The notes under the pieces were generated by a model. The model had not been told where the DNA came from. It did not search any database and saw only the letters and a program-made list of their open reading frames with translations. The position numbers were made by a program, and so were the translations under genes. Below are positions 53,101 through 62,435 of a stretch of 64,000 nt of DNA, piece after piece. Position 1 is the stretch's first letter, and each line of letters starts with the position of its first letter. The stretch comes from Alphaproteobacteria bacterium (lineage in GTDB: Bacteria; Pseudomonadota; Alphaproteobacteria; UBA828), in assembly GCA_965214705.1 (NCBI GenBank), contig OZ243972.1, positions 3,776,001-3,840,000 on the forward strand, read 5' to 3'.

Positions 53101-55137
53101 ATGGCCGGCGACTCGCTGCTGTGGACGCCGTTTCGGCTGCGCAGACTCGAGCTTCGCAACCGCTTCGTCCTGCTGGCCCACTGGAACGGGCTCGACGCGC
53201 CTGACGGCACGCCGACCGACGACCTCGCCGCCTACTACGCGACGCGGGCGCGGGGCGGGGCCGGTCTCATCGTGACCGGCAGCCACGCCATGCATCCGAT
53301 CGGCCAAATGAGCCCGAACTACGGTCGGGCGTGGGATCGGGAGGCAATTCCGGCCTATCGGCGCCTCGTCGAAGCTGTCCATCCCCACGGCGCTCATGTG
53401 TTTGCCCAGCTCAGCCACGCCGGGCACACCAGCCTCAGCCATCCGCCGCAGGAACTCTGGGCGCCCTCCCAGATGCCCGAGCCGTACTCGCGCTACAACA
53501 CGGTCGAGATGGGGCCGGCGGAGATCGAGGCGGTCGTCGAGGGGTTCGCAGCGTCGGCGGTCAACATGCGCGAAGCGGGCTACGATGGGGTCGAGATCAA
53601 GGTCGGTCACGACGGCCTCCTGCGCAGCTTCGTCTCTCCCTTCTTCAACCGCAGGGAGGACGCCTACGGCGGCTCCTTCGAGAACCGCATGCGCCTTCCG
53701 CTCGAGGTTCTGGCGGCGATGCGGGCCGCGGTCGGCCCCGACTGGCCCATCTCGGTCCGCCTCTGCCTGCACGAGTACACCCCATTCGGCTACGGCCTCG
53801 ACTACGGTCTTGAAGTGGGCCGGGCGCTCGCGGCAAGCGGGCACGTCGATCTCTTCAGCTCCGACGCGGGATCGTTCAGCAGCTTCTGGATGGAGGTGCC
53901 GCCGGCAGCGGTGCCGCAGCTCGCCTTCAACGACCTGAACGCCGCCCTCAAGCGGGCGACTCCGCTGCCGGTGGTCGCCTTCGGGCGGATCAAGAAACCG
54001 GCGGACGCGGAGCGCATACTCCAAGAGGGCGATGCGGACCTCATCGGCATGGCGCGCCAGCTCATCGCGGACCCAGAACTCCCCAACAAGGTCCGCGAGG
54101 GCCGGCTTCGCGAAGTGCGGCCCTGCATCGCCTGCAACGACGCCTGCATCCTCCAGATCATGCAACGAGACCCGATCCGCTGCGTGTCGAACCCAGCGGC
54201 CGGGCGCGAGCTGCAGCGTGACATCTTGACGCCCGCTACGGCGCCCCGTCACGTTGCGGTGGCGGGCGGCGGTCCGGCCGGGCTGAGCGCCGCGGTGACC
54301 CTTGCGCGTCGCGGCCATCGCGTCACCCTGTTCGAACGCGAGAACGAGCCGGGCGGCCTCATCCGGCTCGCGGCGCGCCAGCCTCTTCACGACGAGATCG
54401 GGGACTCGGTGCGGCACCTTGCTTCGGAGGCGGAGCGTCTCGGGGTGGACGTGCGGCTGGGAGCGGAGGCGAGCGCGGACGCGATCGAGGCGCTCGGCCC
54501 CGACGCGGCGATTATCGCCACCGGCTCGCGACCCTACATGCCGGGGCGCGACGCGGCTGACGGACCGAGCCCGCCCCTCGCAACGGAGGGCCTCTGGGCC
54601 TCCATGGGCGGGCTCGTCCCCGGCGTTGCCGACGACCCGAGAGTGGTCTCCACCGACGACGTGATGTCGGGGCGCGTCGAGGCGGGGCGCAGCGTCGTGG
54701 TGCTGGACCGCAACGCGCACTGGGAGGCGTGCGGCACCGCCGAGTTCCTGCTGGAGGCGGGCCGGCAGGTCGAGTTCGTGACGCCGCTCGGGGCGGCCGG
54801 GGCGGACCTGGAACCCAGCAACGCTGCGCTCTACTACCAGCGCGTGCGACAGCAAGGGCTTCGCATCACCTTGCACTCGGATATCCGCTCGATCGAGCCG
54901 GACGGCGTGGTCCTGATCGACGTCCACACCGACGAGGAGCGGGTCCTCCGCGATGTCGATACAATCGTGCTCGCCATCGGGCGCCGGTCGAACGACGCGC
55001 TCTTCTGGGCGTTGCGGGAGCGGCTGCCCACCTTCCGCATCGGCGACTGCCGCGCGCCGCGCCTGCTCCAGCACGCGATCTACGACGGGGACACCATCGG
55101 GCGCGAGCTGGACGCGCGGCTCGCCGCGGCCGAATGA
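53101..55137 (+). CDS. NADH:flavin oxidoreductase (OYE TIM barrel + 4Fe-4S + FAD domain; FadH/TMADH-like)
   Basis: RARGGAGLI, NRREDAYGGSFENR, CIACNDAC...C, GGGPAGL, IGDC. Confidence 0.87.
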   Translation: MAGDSLLWTPFRLRRLELRNRFVLLAHWNGLDAPDGTPTDDLAAYYATRARGGAGLIVTGSHAMHPIGQMSPNYGRAWDREAIPAYRRLVEAVHPHGAHVFAQLSHAGHTSLSHPPQELWAPSQMPEPYSRYNTVEMGPAEIEAVVEGFAASAVNMREAGYDGVEIKVGHDGLLRSFVSPFFNRREDAYGGSFENRMRLPLEVLAAMRAAVGPDWPISVRLCLHEYTPFGYGLDYGLEVGRALAASGHVDLFSSDAGSFSSFWMEVPPAAVPQLAFNDLNAALKRATPLPVVAFGRIKKPADAERILQEGDADLIGMARQLIADPELPNKVREGRLREVRPCIACNDACILQIMQRDPIRCVSNPAAGRELQRDILTPATAPRHVAVAGGGPAGLSAAVTLARRGHRVTLFERENEPGGLIRLAARQPLHDEIGDSVRHLASEAERLGVDVRLGAEASADAIEALGPDAAIIATGSRPYMPGRDAADGPSPPLATEGLWASMGGLVPGVADDPRVVSTDDVMSGRVEAGRSVVVLDRNAHWEACGTAEFLLEAGRQVEFVTPLGAAGADLEPSNAALYYQRVRQQGLRITLHSDIRSIEPDGVVLIDVHTDEERVLRDVDTIVLAIGRRSNDALFWALRERLPTFRIGDCRAPRLLQHAIYDGDTIGRELDARLAAAE

Positions 55138-55165
55138 CGGCGGTCGCCTCAGGATGGAGGATTCC

Positions 55166-56578
55166 ATGACGGACTTGTCCCTCGCCTACACGCCGGCGAC
55201 GACGCTCGCCGGACTGATCCGGGAGAAGAAGGTCTCGCCCGTCGACGTGGTGCAGAACAGTCTCGCCCGCATCGAGGAGGTGAACGGCGCGCTCAATGCG
55301 TTCTGCTTCACCTATCCCGAGGAAGCGCTGGCCCAGGCGCGGGAGGCCGAGCGCGCGGTCATGGCGGGGGAGCCGCTCGGGCCGCTCCACGGCGTGCCCA
55401 TCGCCATCAAGGACCTGACGCCGACCAAGGGCAAGCGCACCACGCTCGGCTCCCTGATCTTCGAGAACTGGGTGCCGGATTTCGATGTGCCCATCGTCGA
55501 GCGACTGCGCGCGGCAGGCAGCATTCTGGTAGGCAAGACCACGACGCCCGAGTTCGCTTATGCGGGGTTTTGCAAGAGCGCGCTCTGGGGCGACACCAAC
55601 AATCCCTGGGACACGACGCGCTCGCCGGGCGGCTCGTCCGGCGGATCGGGCGCTGCGGTCGCGACCGGCTGCGTGCCAATCGCGGAGGGGACCGACGCAG
55701 GCGGCTCGGTCCGCATCCCGGCGGCCTATTGCGGCACCGTCGGACTGAAACCGACGTTCGGACGCATCCCGCTGCAGATGCTGCCGACCGCGTTCGACGA
55801 CCTGCTTCACTTCGGCCCGCTCTCGCGAACGGTTGCGGACGCGGCGCTCTTCCTGAGCGTGACTCAGGGCCCCGATGATCGAGATTTTCTCTCGTTGCCC
55901 GCGGGCCCCGAGATCCAGGTGCCCCCGCCGGCGGATGTCCGGGGCCTGAAGCTGGCGGTGAATTACGACTTCGGCTTCTACGCCATCGACGACGACGTGC
56001 GCGCCCGGACCCGGGAGGCTGCGCGTGCGCTCCAGGACGCCGGGGCCACGGTCGAGGAGGTGGAGATCGCCTGGACGCGTGACGTCATCGACCGCTGGGT
56101 CGATCATTGGGGCGTGCTGCAGGCCGCCTGCTTCGGCCAGCATCTCGACGAGTGGCGGGACCGGATGGATCCGGTCCTGGTCTCCTACATGGACAGGGGC
56201 CTCGCCATGAGCGCGGTCGATTTCAAGAACATCGAGATCTTTCGCACGCAAATGTGGGAGGACCTGCGGCCGATCTTCGCCGAGTACGACGCGCTGCTCA
56301 CGCCCACCTGCGCGCAGCCGCCCCCGCCCAACGACACGCTCGATCCCGACTACTACCGCGTGGACGAGCAGGGGCGCTTCTGCGGGCTCTACATGACCTA
56401 TCCGTTCAACTTCCTGCATCAATGCCCGGCGCTCGCGGTGCCCTCCGGGGTCACGAGATCGGGGCTGCCGACCAGCCTGCAGATCGTCGGCCGGCGCCAC
56501 GACGACAACGGCGTGCTGCGGATCGGCGCCGCGCTTGAGGCGGTCCGTCCCTGGGCCGCGCGCACGCCATCGCTGTAG
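55166..56578 (+). CDS. Amidase signature family enzyme
   Basis: GVPIAIKD, PGGSSGGSGAAVA, GTDAGGSVRIPA. Confidence 0.9.
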   Translation: MTDLSLAYTPATTLAGLIREKKVSPVDVVQNSLARIEEVNGALNAFCFTYPEEALAQAREAERAVMAGEPLGPLHGVPIAIKDLTPTKGKRTTLGSLIFENWVPDFDVPIVERLRAAGSILVGKTTTPEFAYAGFCKSALWGDTNNPWDTTRSPGGSSGGSGAAVATGCVPIAEGTDAGGSVRIPAAYCGTVGLKPTFGRIPLQMLPTAFDDLLHFGPLSRTVADAALFLSVTQGPDDRDFLSLPAGPEIQVPPPADVRGLKLAVNYDFGFYAIDDDVRARTREAARALQDAGATVEEVEIAWTRDVIDRWVDHWGVLQAACFGQHLDEWRDRMDPVLVSYMDRGLAMSAVDFKNIEIFRTQMWEDLRPIFAEYDALLTPTCAQPPPPNDTLDPDYYRVDEQGRFCGLYMTYPFNFLHQCPALAVPSGVTRSGLPTSLQIVGRRHDDNGVLRIGAALEAVRPWAARTPSL

Positions 56579-56674
56579 GCCACTGGGTCGCGGCCTGCGG
56601 CGCGCCGGCGCATTGCGCTTTGACGCAGCCTTGGGCATAAACGCGGCGCGTTCGTTGGGAGTGAGGCGACGGTC

Positions 56675-57991
56675 ATGCGGCGCTCACGCTACTTCTTGCC
56701 GACCCTGAGAGAGAACCCGGCCGAGGCGCAAATCGTCTCGCACCGGCTGATGCTGCGCGCCGGCATGATCCGGCAGTCGAGCGCCGGCATCTACAGCTGG
56801 CTGCCGCTCGGCCACCGGGTGCTGCGCAAGATCGAGCAGGTGGTGCGCGAGGAGATGGACGCCGCCGGCTGCCAGGAGATCCTGATGCCGGCGATACAGC
56901 CGGCCGAGCTCTGGGAGGAGAGCGGCCGCTACCACGACTACGGCAAGGAGATGCTGCGTATCACCGACCGGCACGAGCGCCCGATGCTGTTCGGCCCGAC
57001 CCATGAAGAGGTCGTGACCGACATCTTCCGGGGCTCGGTGCGCAGCTACCGCGATCTGCCGCAGAACCTCTACCAAATTCAGTGGAAGTTTCGGGATGAG
57101 CTGCGTCCACGCTTCGGCATCATGCGGGGCCGCGAGTTCTACATGAAGGACAACTACTCCTTCGATATCGACCATGCCAGCGCCGTGCGCTCCTACAACA
57201 AGATGTTCGTGGCGTACCTGCGCACCTTCGCCCGGCTCGGGCTCACCTCGATCCCCATGCAGGCTGAGAGCGGGGCCATCGGCGGCGACTACAGCCACGA
57301 GTTCATCGTGCTGGCGGATACGGGCGAGAGCGCGGTGTACTGCGACCGCGCCTGGCTCGACACCGACCCGCTGGCGCTGGGAATCGACTACGAGGCGGAC
57401 CTGCAGCCCATCGTGGACGAGTGGACCCGGCTCTACGCCGCGACCGACGACAAGCACGACCCCGCCGCCTGCCCGGTGGCCGAGGACGCGCTCTACCAGG
57501 GGCGGGGCATCGAGGTCGGCCACATCTTCTACTTCGGCACCAAGTACTCGAAGGCCATGGGCGCCACGGTGACCGACCCGGACGGTGCCGAGGTCGCGGT
57601 CGAGATGGGCTCTTACGGCATCGGCGTCTCGCGCCTCGCGGGCGCGATCATCGAGGCGGGCCACGACGATGCGGGCATCATCTGGCCCGAGGTCGTGGCC
57701 CCGTTCAAGGTGGGCCTGATCAACCTGCGCGCGGGCGATGCGGCGTGCGACGAGGCTTGCGAGGCGCTCTATGGGCGGCTCGTGGAGGCGGGAGTCGAGG
57801 TGCTCTACGACGACAGGGACGAGCGCGCGGGCGTCAAGTTCGCCGAGATGGAGCTGATCGGGCTGCCCTGGCAGGTCGCGGTCGGCCCGCGCGGCGTCAA
57901 GTCCGGCACGGCGGAGCTGAAGGCGCGGGCCGGCGGAGAGGCCGAGGCGCTCTCGTTCGACTCGGTGTCGGCACGCTTGATCGGGGGCTAA
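56675..57991 (+). CDS. proS: Proline--tRNA ligase (short alphaproteobacterial type)
   Basis: [41 protein letters not shown]. Confidence 0.97.
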   Translation: MRRSRYFLPTLRENPAEAQIVSHRLMLRAGMIRQSSAGIYSWLPLGHRVLRKIEQVVREEMDAAGCQEILMPAIQPAELWEESGRYHDYGKEMLRITDRHERPMLFGPTHEEVVTDIFRGSVRSYRDLPQNLYQIQWKFRDELRPRFGIMRGREFYMKDNYSFDIDHASAVRSYNKMFVAYLRTFARLGLTSIPMQAESGAIGGDYSHEFIVLADTGESAVYCDRAWLDTDPLALGIDYEADLQPIVDEWTRLYAATDDKHDPAACPVAEDALYQGRGIEVGHIFYFGTKYSKAMGATVTDPDGAEVAVEMGSYGIGVSRLAGAIIEAGHDDAGIIWPEVVAPFKVGLINLRAGDAACDEACEALYGRLVEAGVEVLYDDRDERAGVKFAEMELIGLPWQVAVGPRGVKSGTAELKARAGGEAEALSFDSVSARLIGG

Positions 57992-58000
57992 CCCACACGC

Positions 58001-59245
58001 ATGTTCTCGGCCTTCGAACGCCTCGTCGCGTTTCGCTACCTGCGCGCCCGCCGACAGGAAGGTCTCGTCTCGGTCATCGCGGCGTTCTCGCTGATCGGGA
58101 TTTTCCTGGGCGTCGCCACGCTCATCATCGTCATGTCCGTGATGAACGGCTTTCGCGAGGAGCTGCTGACCCGCATTCTCGGGCTCAACGGCCACATGAC
58201 CACCTACGCCTTCGAGGACGGCTTTACCGACTACGATGCGCTCGTGGGGCGCATCCAGGGAGTGGACGGCGTCGTCACCGTCTCGCCCATCGTCACCGGC
58301 CAAGTGATCGCAGCAGCGAACGGCAGGGCCACCTTCGGCCAGGTGCGTGGCGTGCGCGAGGCCCACCTGGAGGCGCGGCCTTTGTTGATGGAGAACGTCA
58401 TCGGCGGCACGCTCGACGGTTTCGCGGCCGGCGACGGCGTCGTGATCGGCAACCGCATGGCGCGCAAGCTCGGCGTCCGTGTCGGCGATTCGATCACGCT
58501 TCTCTCGCCGGAAGGCCGGACGACCCTGATGGGGTCAGTGCCGCGCTCGCGCGCCTACCCGGTGGCGGCAACCTTCGATATCGGCATGTTCGAATACGAC
58601 GCCACGTTCGTCTTCATGCCGCTCGATCTCGCCCAAATCTATTTCAGGAAGAAGGGCATGGTTACCGCCATCGAGATGACGGTCGCCGACCCCGAACGAA
58701 TTCGGGAGGTCGAGGCCGGCGTGAAGCAGGTGGTGGGTAGCCAGGGCTGGATCGTCGACTGGCGCCGGGCCAACGCGCAGTTCGTCAACGCGCTCCAGGT
58801 CGAGCGCAACGTCATGTTCGTGATCCTGACCCTGATCGTGCTGGTGGCTGCGTTCAACATCATCGCCGGGCTAATCATGGTGGTGAAGGACAAGGGGCGC
58901 GATATTGCGATCCTGCGGACGATGGGGGCGACGCGCGGGCAAATCCTGCGCATCTTCTTCATGAACGGCGCGGCGATCGGCGTGGCGGGGACAGTGCTGG
59001 GCGTGGGCGGCGGTGTCGCCTTCGCCGCCAACATCGACACCATTCGGGTCTGGCTCGAGGGCTTGACCGATACGGAGCTGTTCCCGGCCGAGATCCGCTT
59101 CCTCTCGCAACTGCCGTCGCGGACCGATCCGACCGAGGTGGTGATCGTGGCAGCGATGGCGATCGGGCTCTCGTTCCTGGCGACGATCTATCCCGCCTGG
59201 CGGGCGGCGCGGCTCGATCCGGTGGAGGCGCTCCGGTATGAGTAG
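58001..59245 (+). CDS. lolE: Lipoprotein-releasing ABC transporter permease LolC/E
   Basis: SVMNGF, IAILRTMGA, YPAWRAARLDPVEALRYE. Confidence 0.93.
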   Translation: MFSAFERLVAFRYLRARRQEGLVSVIAAFSLIGIFLGVATLIIVMSVMNGFREELLTRILGLNGHMTTYAFEDGFTDYDALVGRIQGVDGVVTVSPIVTGQVIAAANGRATFGQVRGVREAHLEARPLLMENVIGGTLDGFAAGDGVVIGNRMARKLGVRVGDSITLLSPEGRTTLMGSVPRSRAYPVAATFDIGMFEYDATFVFMPLDLAQIYFRKKGMVTAIEMTVADPERIREVEAGVKQVVGSQGWIVDWRRANAQFVNALQVERNVMFVILTLIVLVAAFNIIAGLIMVVKDKGRDIAILRTMGATRGQILRIFFMNGAAIGVAGTVLGVGGGVAFAANIDTIRVWLEGLTDTELFPAEIRFLSQLPSRTDPTEVVIVAAMAIGLSFLATIYPAWRAARLDPVEALRYE

Positions 59246-59936
59246 CACGCAAGAGAGCAGTGCGTCCTCGCTGGAACTGCGCGGGGTGATGCAGACCTTC
59301 TATCAGGCGGGCAATGCCATCGAGGTGTTGAAGGGTGCCTCGCTCTCGGTCTCGCCGGGGGAGATGGTGGCGCTGGTGGGACCGTCGGGCGCCGGCAAGT
59401 CGACGCTGCTGCAGATCGCCGGGCTACTGGAACGGCCAGGTGCCGGCGAGGTCGCCATCGCGGGCGAGCGTTGCGAAGGCTTGCCGGACCGGCGCCGGAC
59501 CAGGCTCAGGCGCGAGCGTCTGGGTTTCATCTATCAATTCCACCACCTGCTGGCCGAGTTCTCGGCGCTGGAGAACGTGGTACTGCCGCAGATGATCGCA
59601 GGCCGCTCCAAGCGCCAGGCGCGGGAGCGGGCACGGGAACTGCTGGGCCGCCTCGGGCTCGATGCGCGCGAGGGGCACCGGCCCTCACGCCTCTCGGGCG
59701 GCGAGCAGCAGCGCGTCGCCATCGCGCGCGCCATCGCCAACAAGCCGGCGGTGCTGCTCGCGGACGAGCCCACCGGCAATCTCGACCACGACACGGCGGA
59801 CTCGGTGTTCGCGGCGCTTCTCGATATCGTGCGCACGACCGGGCTTGCCGCGCTCGTTGCGACCCACAACATGGCGCTGGCCGAGCGCATGGACCGGCGG
59901 CTCGCGCTGGAGAACGGTGTCCTCGTCTCGCTCTGA
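59238..59936 (+). CDS. lolD: Lipoprotein-releasing ABC transporter ATP-binding protein
   Basis: GPSGAGKST, GFIYQFHHLL, LSGGEQQR, DEPTGNLD. Confidence 0.94.
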   Translation: MSSTQESSASSLELRGVMQTFYQAGNAIEVLKGASLSVSPGEMVALVGPSGAGKSTLLQIAGLLERPGAGEVAIAGERCEGLPDRRRTRLRRERLGFIYQFHHLLAEFSALENVVLPQMIAGRSKRQARERARELLGRLGLDAREGHRPSRLSGGEQQRVAIARAIANKPAVLLADEPTGNLDHDTADSVFAALLDIVRTTGLAALVATHNMALAERMDRRLALENGVLVSL

Positions 59937-59940
59937 ACCG

Positions 59941-60666
59941 ATGACCTCAAATAGAGAATCCGCGCCCGTTCTGCTCGTGACCCACGTCACGGCCGGCGAC
60001 GTGGGTGCGATCCCGGAATTGCTCGCCGGCTTGGGGTGGCAAAGCCGGGTCATGCGGGCCAACAAGGGCGAGCCCTTCCCCGCCGATGTCGAATCGCTCG
60101 GCGGCGTGGTCTCTTACGGCGGTCCGCAGAGCGCGAACGACGATCACACCGATTACATCCGGGCGGAACTGGAATGGATGCCGCGCGTGATGGCGGCTGG
60201 TGTGCCGCTGCTCGGCGTCTGCCTCGGCAGCCAAATGGTAGCGCGCACCTTGGGCGCGACGGTGGGGCCCGACCCCGATGGGCTCTACGAGTTCGGCTAC
60301 TACCCGATCGAGCCGGTGGACGGTGCGGCCGAAGACCTGGCCCTCGACGGGACGCTCAACGTGGCCCATCGCCACGGCGAGGCGTTCACCATCCCGGCCG
60401 GTGCGCGCCGGCTCGCACGGCGCGACGTGTTCGAGAACCAGGCGTTTCGCTACGGGGCGACGACCTGGGGCGTGCAGTTCCATCCAGAGGTCAACGACGC
60501 GGTGCTGGGGCGCTGGCTCAACGCGGACCCGCCGCCGGCCGATCTAGAGCGCAACGGCGCGCAGACGATAGCGTTGCAGCGCGCCCATCACGCGCGCCAT
60601 CAGCGGGCGATGCACGACTGGCTCGGGCGCTTCCTCGCGCTCTGGCTCGCCAGCGCGGAGCGCTGA
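59941..60666 (+). CDS. Class I glutamine amidotransferase-like protein
   Basis: GGPQSAND, GVCLGSQ (nucleophile Cys), QFHPE. Confidence 0.85.
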   Translation: MTSNRESAPVLLVTHVTAGDVGAIPELLAGLGWQSRVMRANKGEPFPADVESLGGVVSYGGPQSANDDHTDYIRAELEWMPRVMAAGVPLLGVCLGSQMVARTLGATVGPDPDGLYEFGYYPIEPVDGAAEDLALDGTLNVAHRHGEAFTIPAGARRLARRDVFENQAFRYGATTWGVQFHPEVNDAVLGRWLNADPPPADLERNGAQTIALQRAHHARHQRAMHDWLGRFLALWLASAER

Positions 60667-60667
60667 C

Positions 60668-61261
60668 ATGGTCGCGAGCCTGATCGTCGGCGTGACCGGC
60701 GCGAGCGGCGCCGTCTACGGCGTGCGTCTACTCGAGGTGCTGCACGAGACGCCGGTCGAAACCCACCTTGTCGTCAGCAAGTGGGGGCAGCGAACGCTGG
60801 AGCACGAGACCGGCCGGAGCCTTGGTGACCTGCGCGCGCTCGCGGACCATCACTACGGCGCAGGGGACATGGCGGCGCTAATGTCGTCGGGCTCGGCGGC
60901 CATCGACGGCATGGCGGTCGCGCCCTGCTCGGCGCGGAGCCTCGCCGCGATCGCCTGCGGGCTCAGCGAGAACCTGATCCACCGCGCGGCCGATGTCATG
61001 ATCAAGGAGCGCCGGCCGCTCGTGCTCATGGTGCGCGAGACTCCGCTCAGTGCGATCCACCTGGAGAACATGCTCAAGCTGGCGCGGCTCGGGGTGACGA
61101 TCCTGCCGCCCGTTCCGGCCTTCTACAACGTGCCGGGATCGATCGACGAGATCGTCGATTACACCGTCGCAAGGGCGCTGGACCAGTTCGGGCTCAAGCT
61201 CGAACCGAACAAACGTTGGCGCGGCGAGCTTGTGCGTCATGCGGCATCCTCAGAGGGCTGA
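60668..61261 (+). CDS. ubiX: Flavin prenyltransferase UbiX
   Basis: GVTGASG, APCS, RAADV..KERR, RETPL, PAFY. Confidence 0.92.
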   Translation: MVASLIVGVTGASGAVYGVRLLEVLHETPVETHLVVSKWGQRTLEHETGRSLGDLRALADHHYGAGDMAALMSSGSAAIDGMAVAPCSARSLAAIACGLSENLIHRAADVMIKERRPLVLMVRETPLSAIHLENMLKLARLGVTILPPVPAFYNVPGSIDEIVDYTVARALDQFGLKLEPNKRWRGELVRHAASSEG

Positions 61262-61294
61262 TGTAAGTCGGGGCCGTATAGACCGGCCCCGAAA

Positions 61295-61963
61295 TCAGAA
61301 CGTGTGGGCTGCCGCGATCGCGATGGCCCGCTCGATATCGGCAATCGCCCCAGCCATCTCGCGCCCGATCAGGTCCATCTTGCGAATCTGCTCAATGCGC
61401 GGCTCGACCCGGTCGATCTCCCGCTTCGAGTAAATCGTCCGCAGGATGTTGCAGCTATCGACGAGGCAGATAAGGGCGACATCACGCGGGTCGGGAATTT
61501 CGTCCGAGAACAGCACGTCCGAGATGCGCTTCTTCGCCTCCTGCTCCACCTTGCCGTCGATGGTGGGGTAACGGCGGGAGCGAAAGACCCAAAGGAATTT
61601 TTCCTCCTGACGCTGCAACACGCCGCGCTCCACCAGTTTTTCGAGCGCAGTCGCCCGAATCGTCGCGTCGTGACTGGCGGATGCTTCCTCGGCGGAGAGG
61701 GTCTCGATCCACGCCCTGCTGTCCGCCGAACTCTTCTCGCCAGCGATCCGGGCCAGCGTGCGGTCCAGCAGGGGATCGCCGGTCGGGTTGGTATCGATGA
61801 CCATCAGTTGTTCGGGGTCGGTATCGATCCGGTTCGCGAACGCCAGGTCCATCAGGACCGCGCCCGTCAGCGCACGGTTGAGCGTGTGCTCGCTCACTGG
61901 CAGGAAGGTGCCGTTCTCGTCGTGGAGAAGCAGCACCATGATTTCTTCATAGAATGTCAGCAT
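61295..61963 (-). CDS. GPP34/GOLPH3/Vps74 family protein
   Basis: LTFYEEIMVLLL, GAVLMDLAFANRI, TGDPLLD, LVERGVL...FLWVF..RRYP. Confidence 0.75.
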   Translation of the reverse strand: MLTFYEEIMVLLLHDENGTFLPVSEHTLNRALTGAVLMDLAFANRIDTDPEQLMVIDTNPTGDPLLDRTLARIAGEKSSADSRAWIETLSAEEASASHDATIRATALEKLVERGVLQRQEEKFLWVFRSRRYPTIDGKVEQEAKKRISDVLFSDEIPDPRDVALICLVDSCNILRTIYSKREIDRVEPRIEQIRKMDLIGREMAGAIADIERAIAIAAAHTF

Positions 61964-62014
61964 GGCACCGAATTCCGGGGTCAGGTCAGGGCTGGAGACT
62001 GCGAGGACGGCACC

Positions 62015-62350
62015 TCATGCAAGCGCCGCAATAGCCGCCTCGCTCGTGTCATGGCACTCGATGATCGCTAGAAATCCGCTCATTTCCATGACCGATCGAC
62101 AATCGGGTTGCAGGGCGGCCACGGTCAGTTTCCCGCCGCCTTGCTGGCATTTCCTCGCGCTAACCAGCAATGCCCGCAGCCCCGCGCTGCTCACGTAACC
62201 CATCTCCGCGCAATCCAGTGCCACACGAACGTCTCCACGCTCCACAATCGCAGTAATCGTGGCCTCCAGATCCGGCGCAGTCACTCCGTCCAAGCGGCCG
62301 TTAAGGGAGACGACGACAGCTGCTCCCTCGGTCCTTTCAACAATGTCCAT
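62015..62350 (-). CDS. STAS domain anti-sigma-factor antagonist
   Basis: GRLD, D...YVSSAGLRALL phosphoacceptor Ser motif; GGAGG SD. Confidence 0.88.
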   Translation of the reverse strand: MDIVERTEGAAVVVSLNGRLDGVTAPDLEATITAIVERGDVRVALDCAEMGYVSSAGLRALLVSARKCQQGGGKLTVAALQPDCRSVMEMSGFLAIIECHDTSEAAIAALA

Positions 62351-62435
62351 CGCGGCCTCGCCCTCCGCTTTGGGTTACCCGCGCTCGGCGGCACGCGGGA
62401 CAAAGATACGCTGTTCGAGTCGTTTTCTGCAATGG

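Noticed and set aside
51982-55167. 1061-aa minus-strand ORF (and similar long antisense ORFs over nuoG, nuoL, rnj and proS)
   Set aside because: Shadow frames opposite well-supported genes
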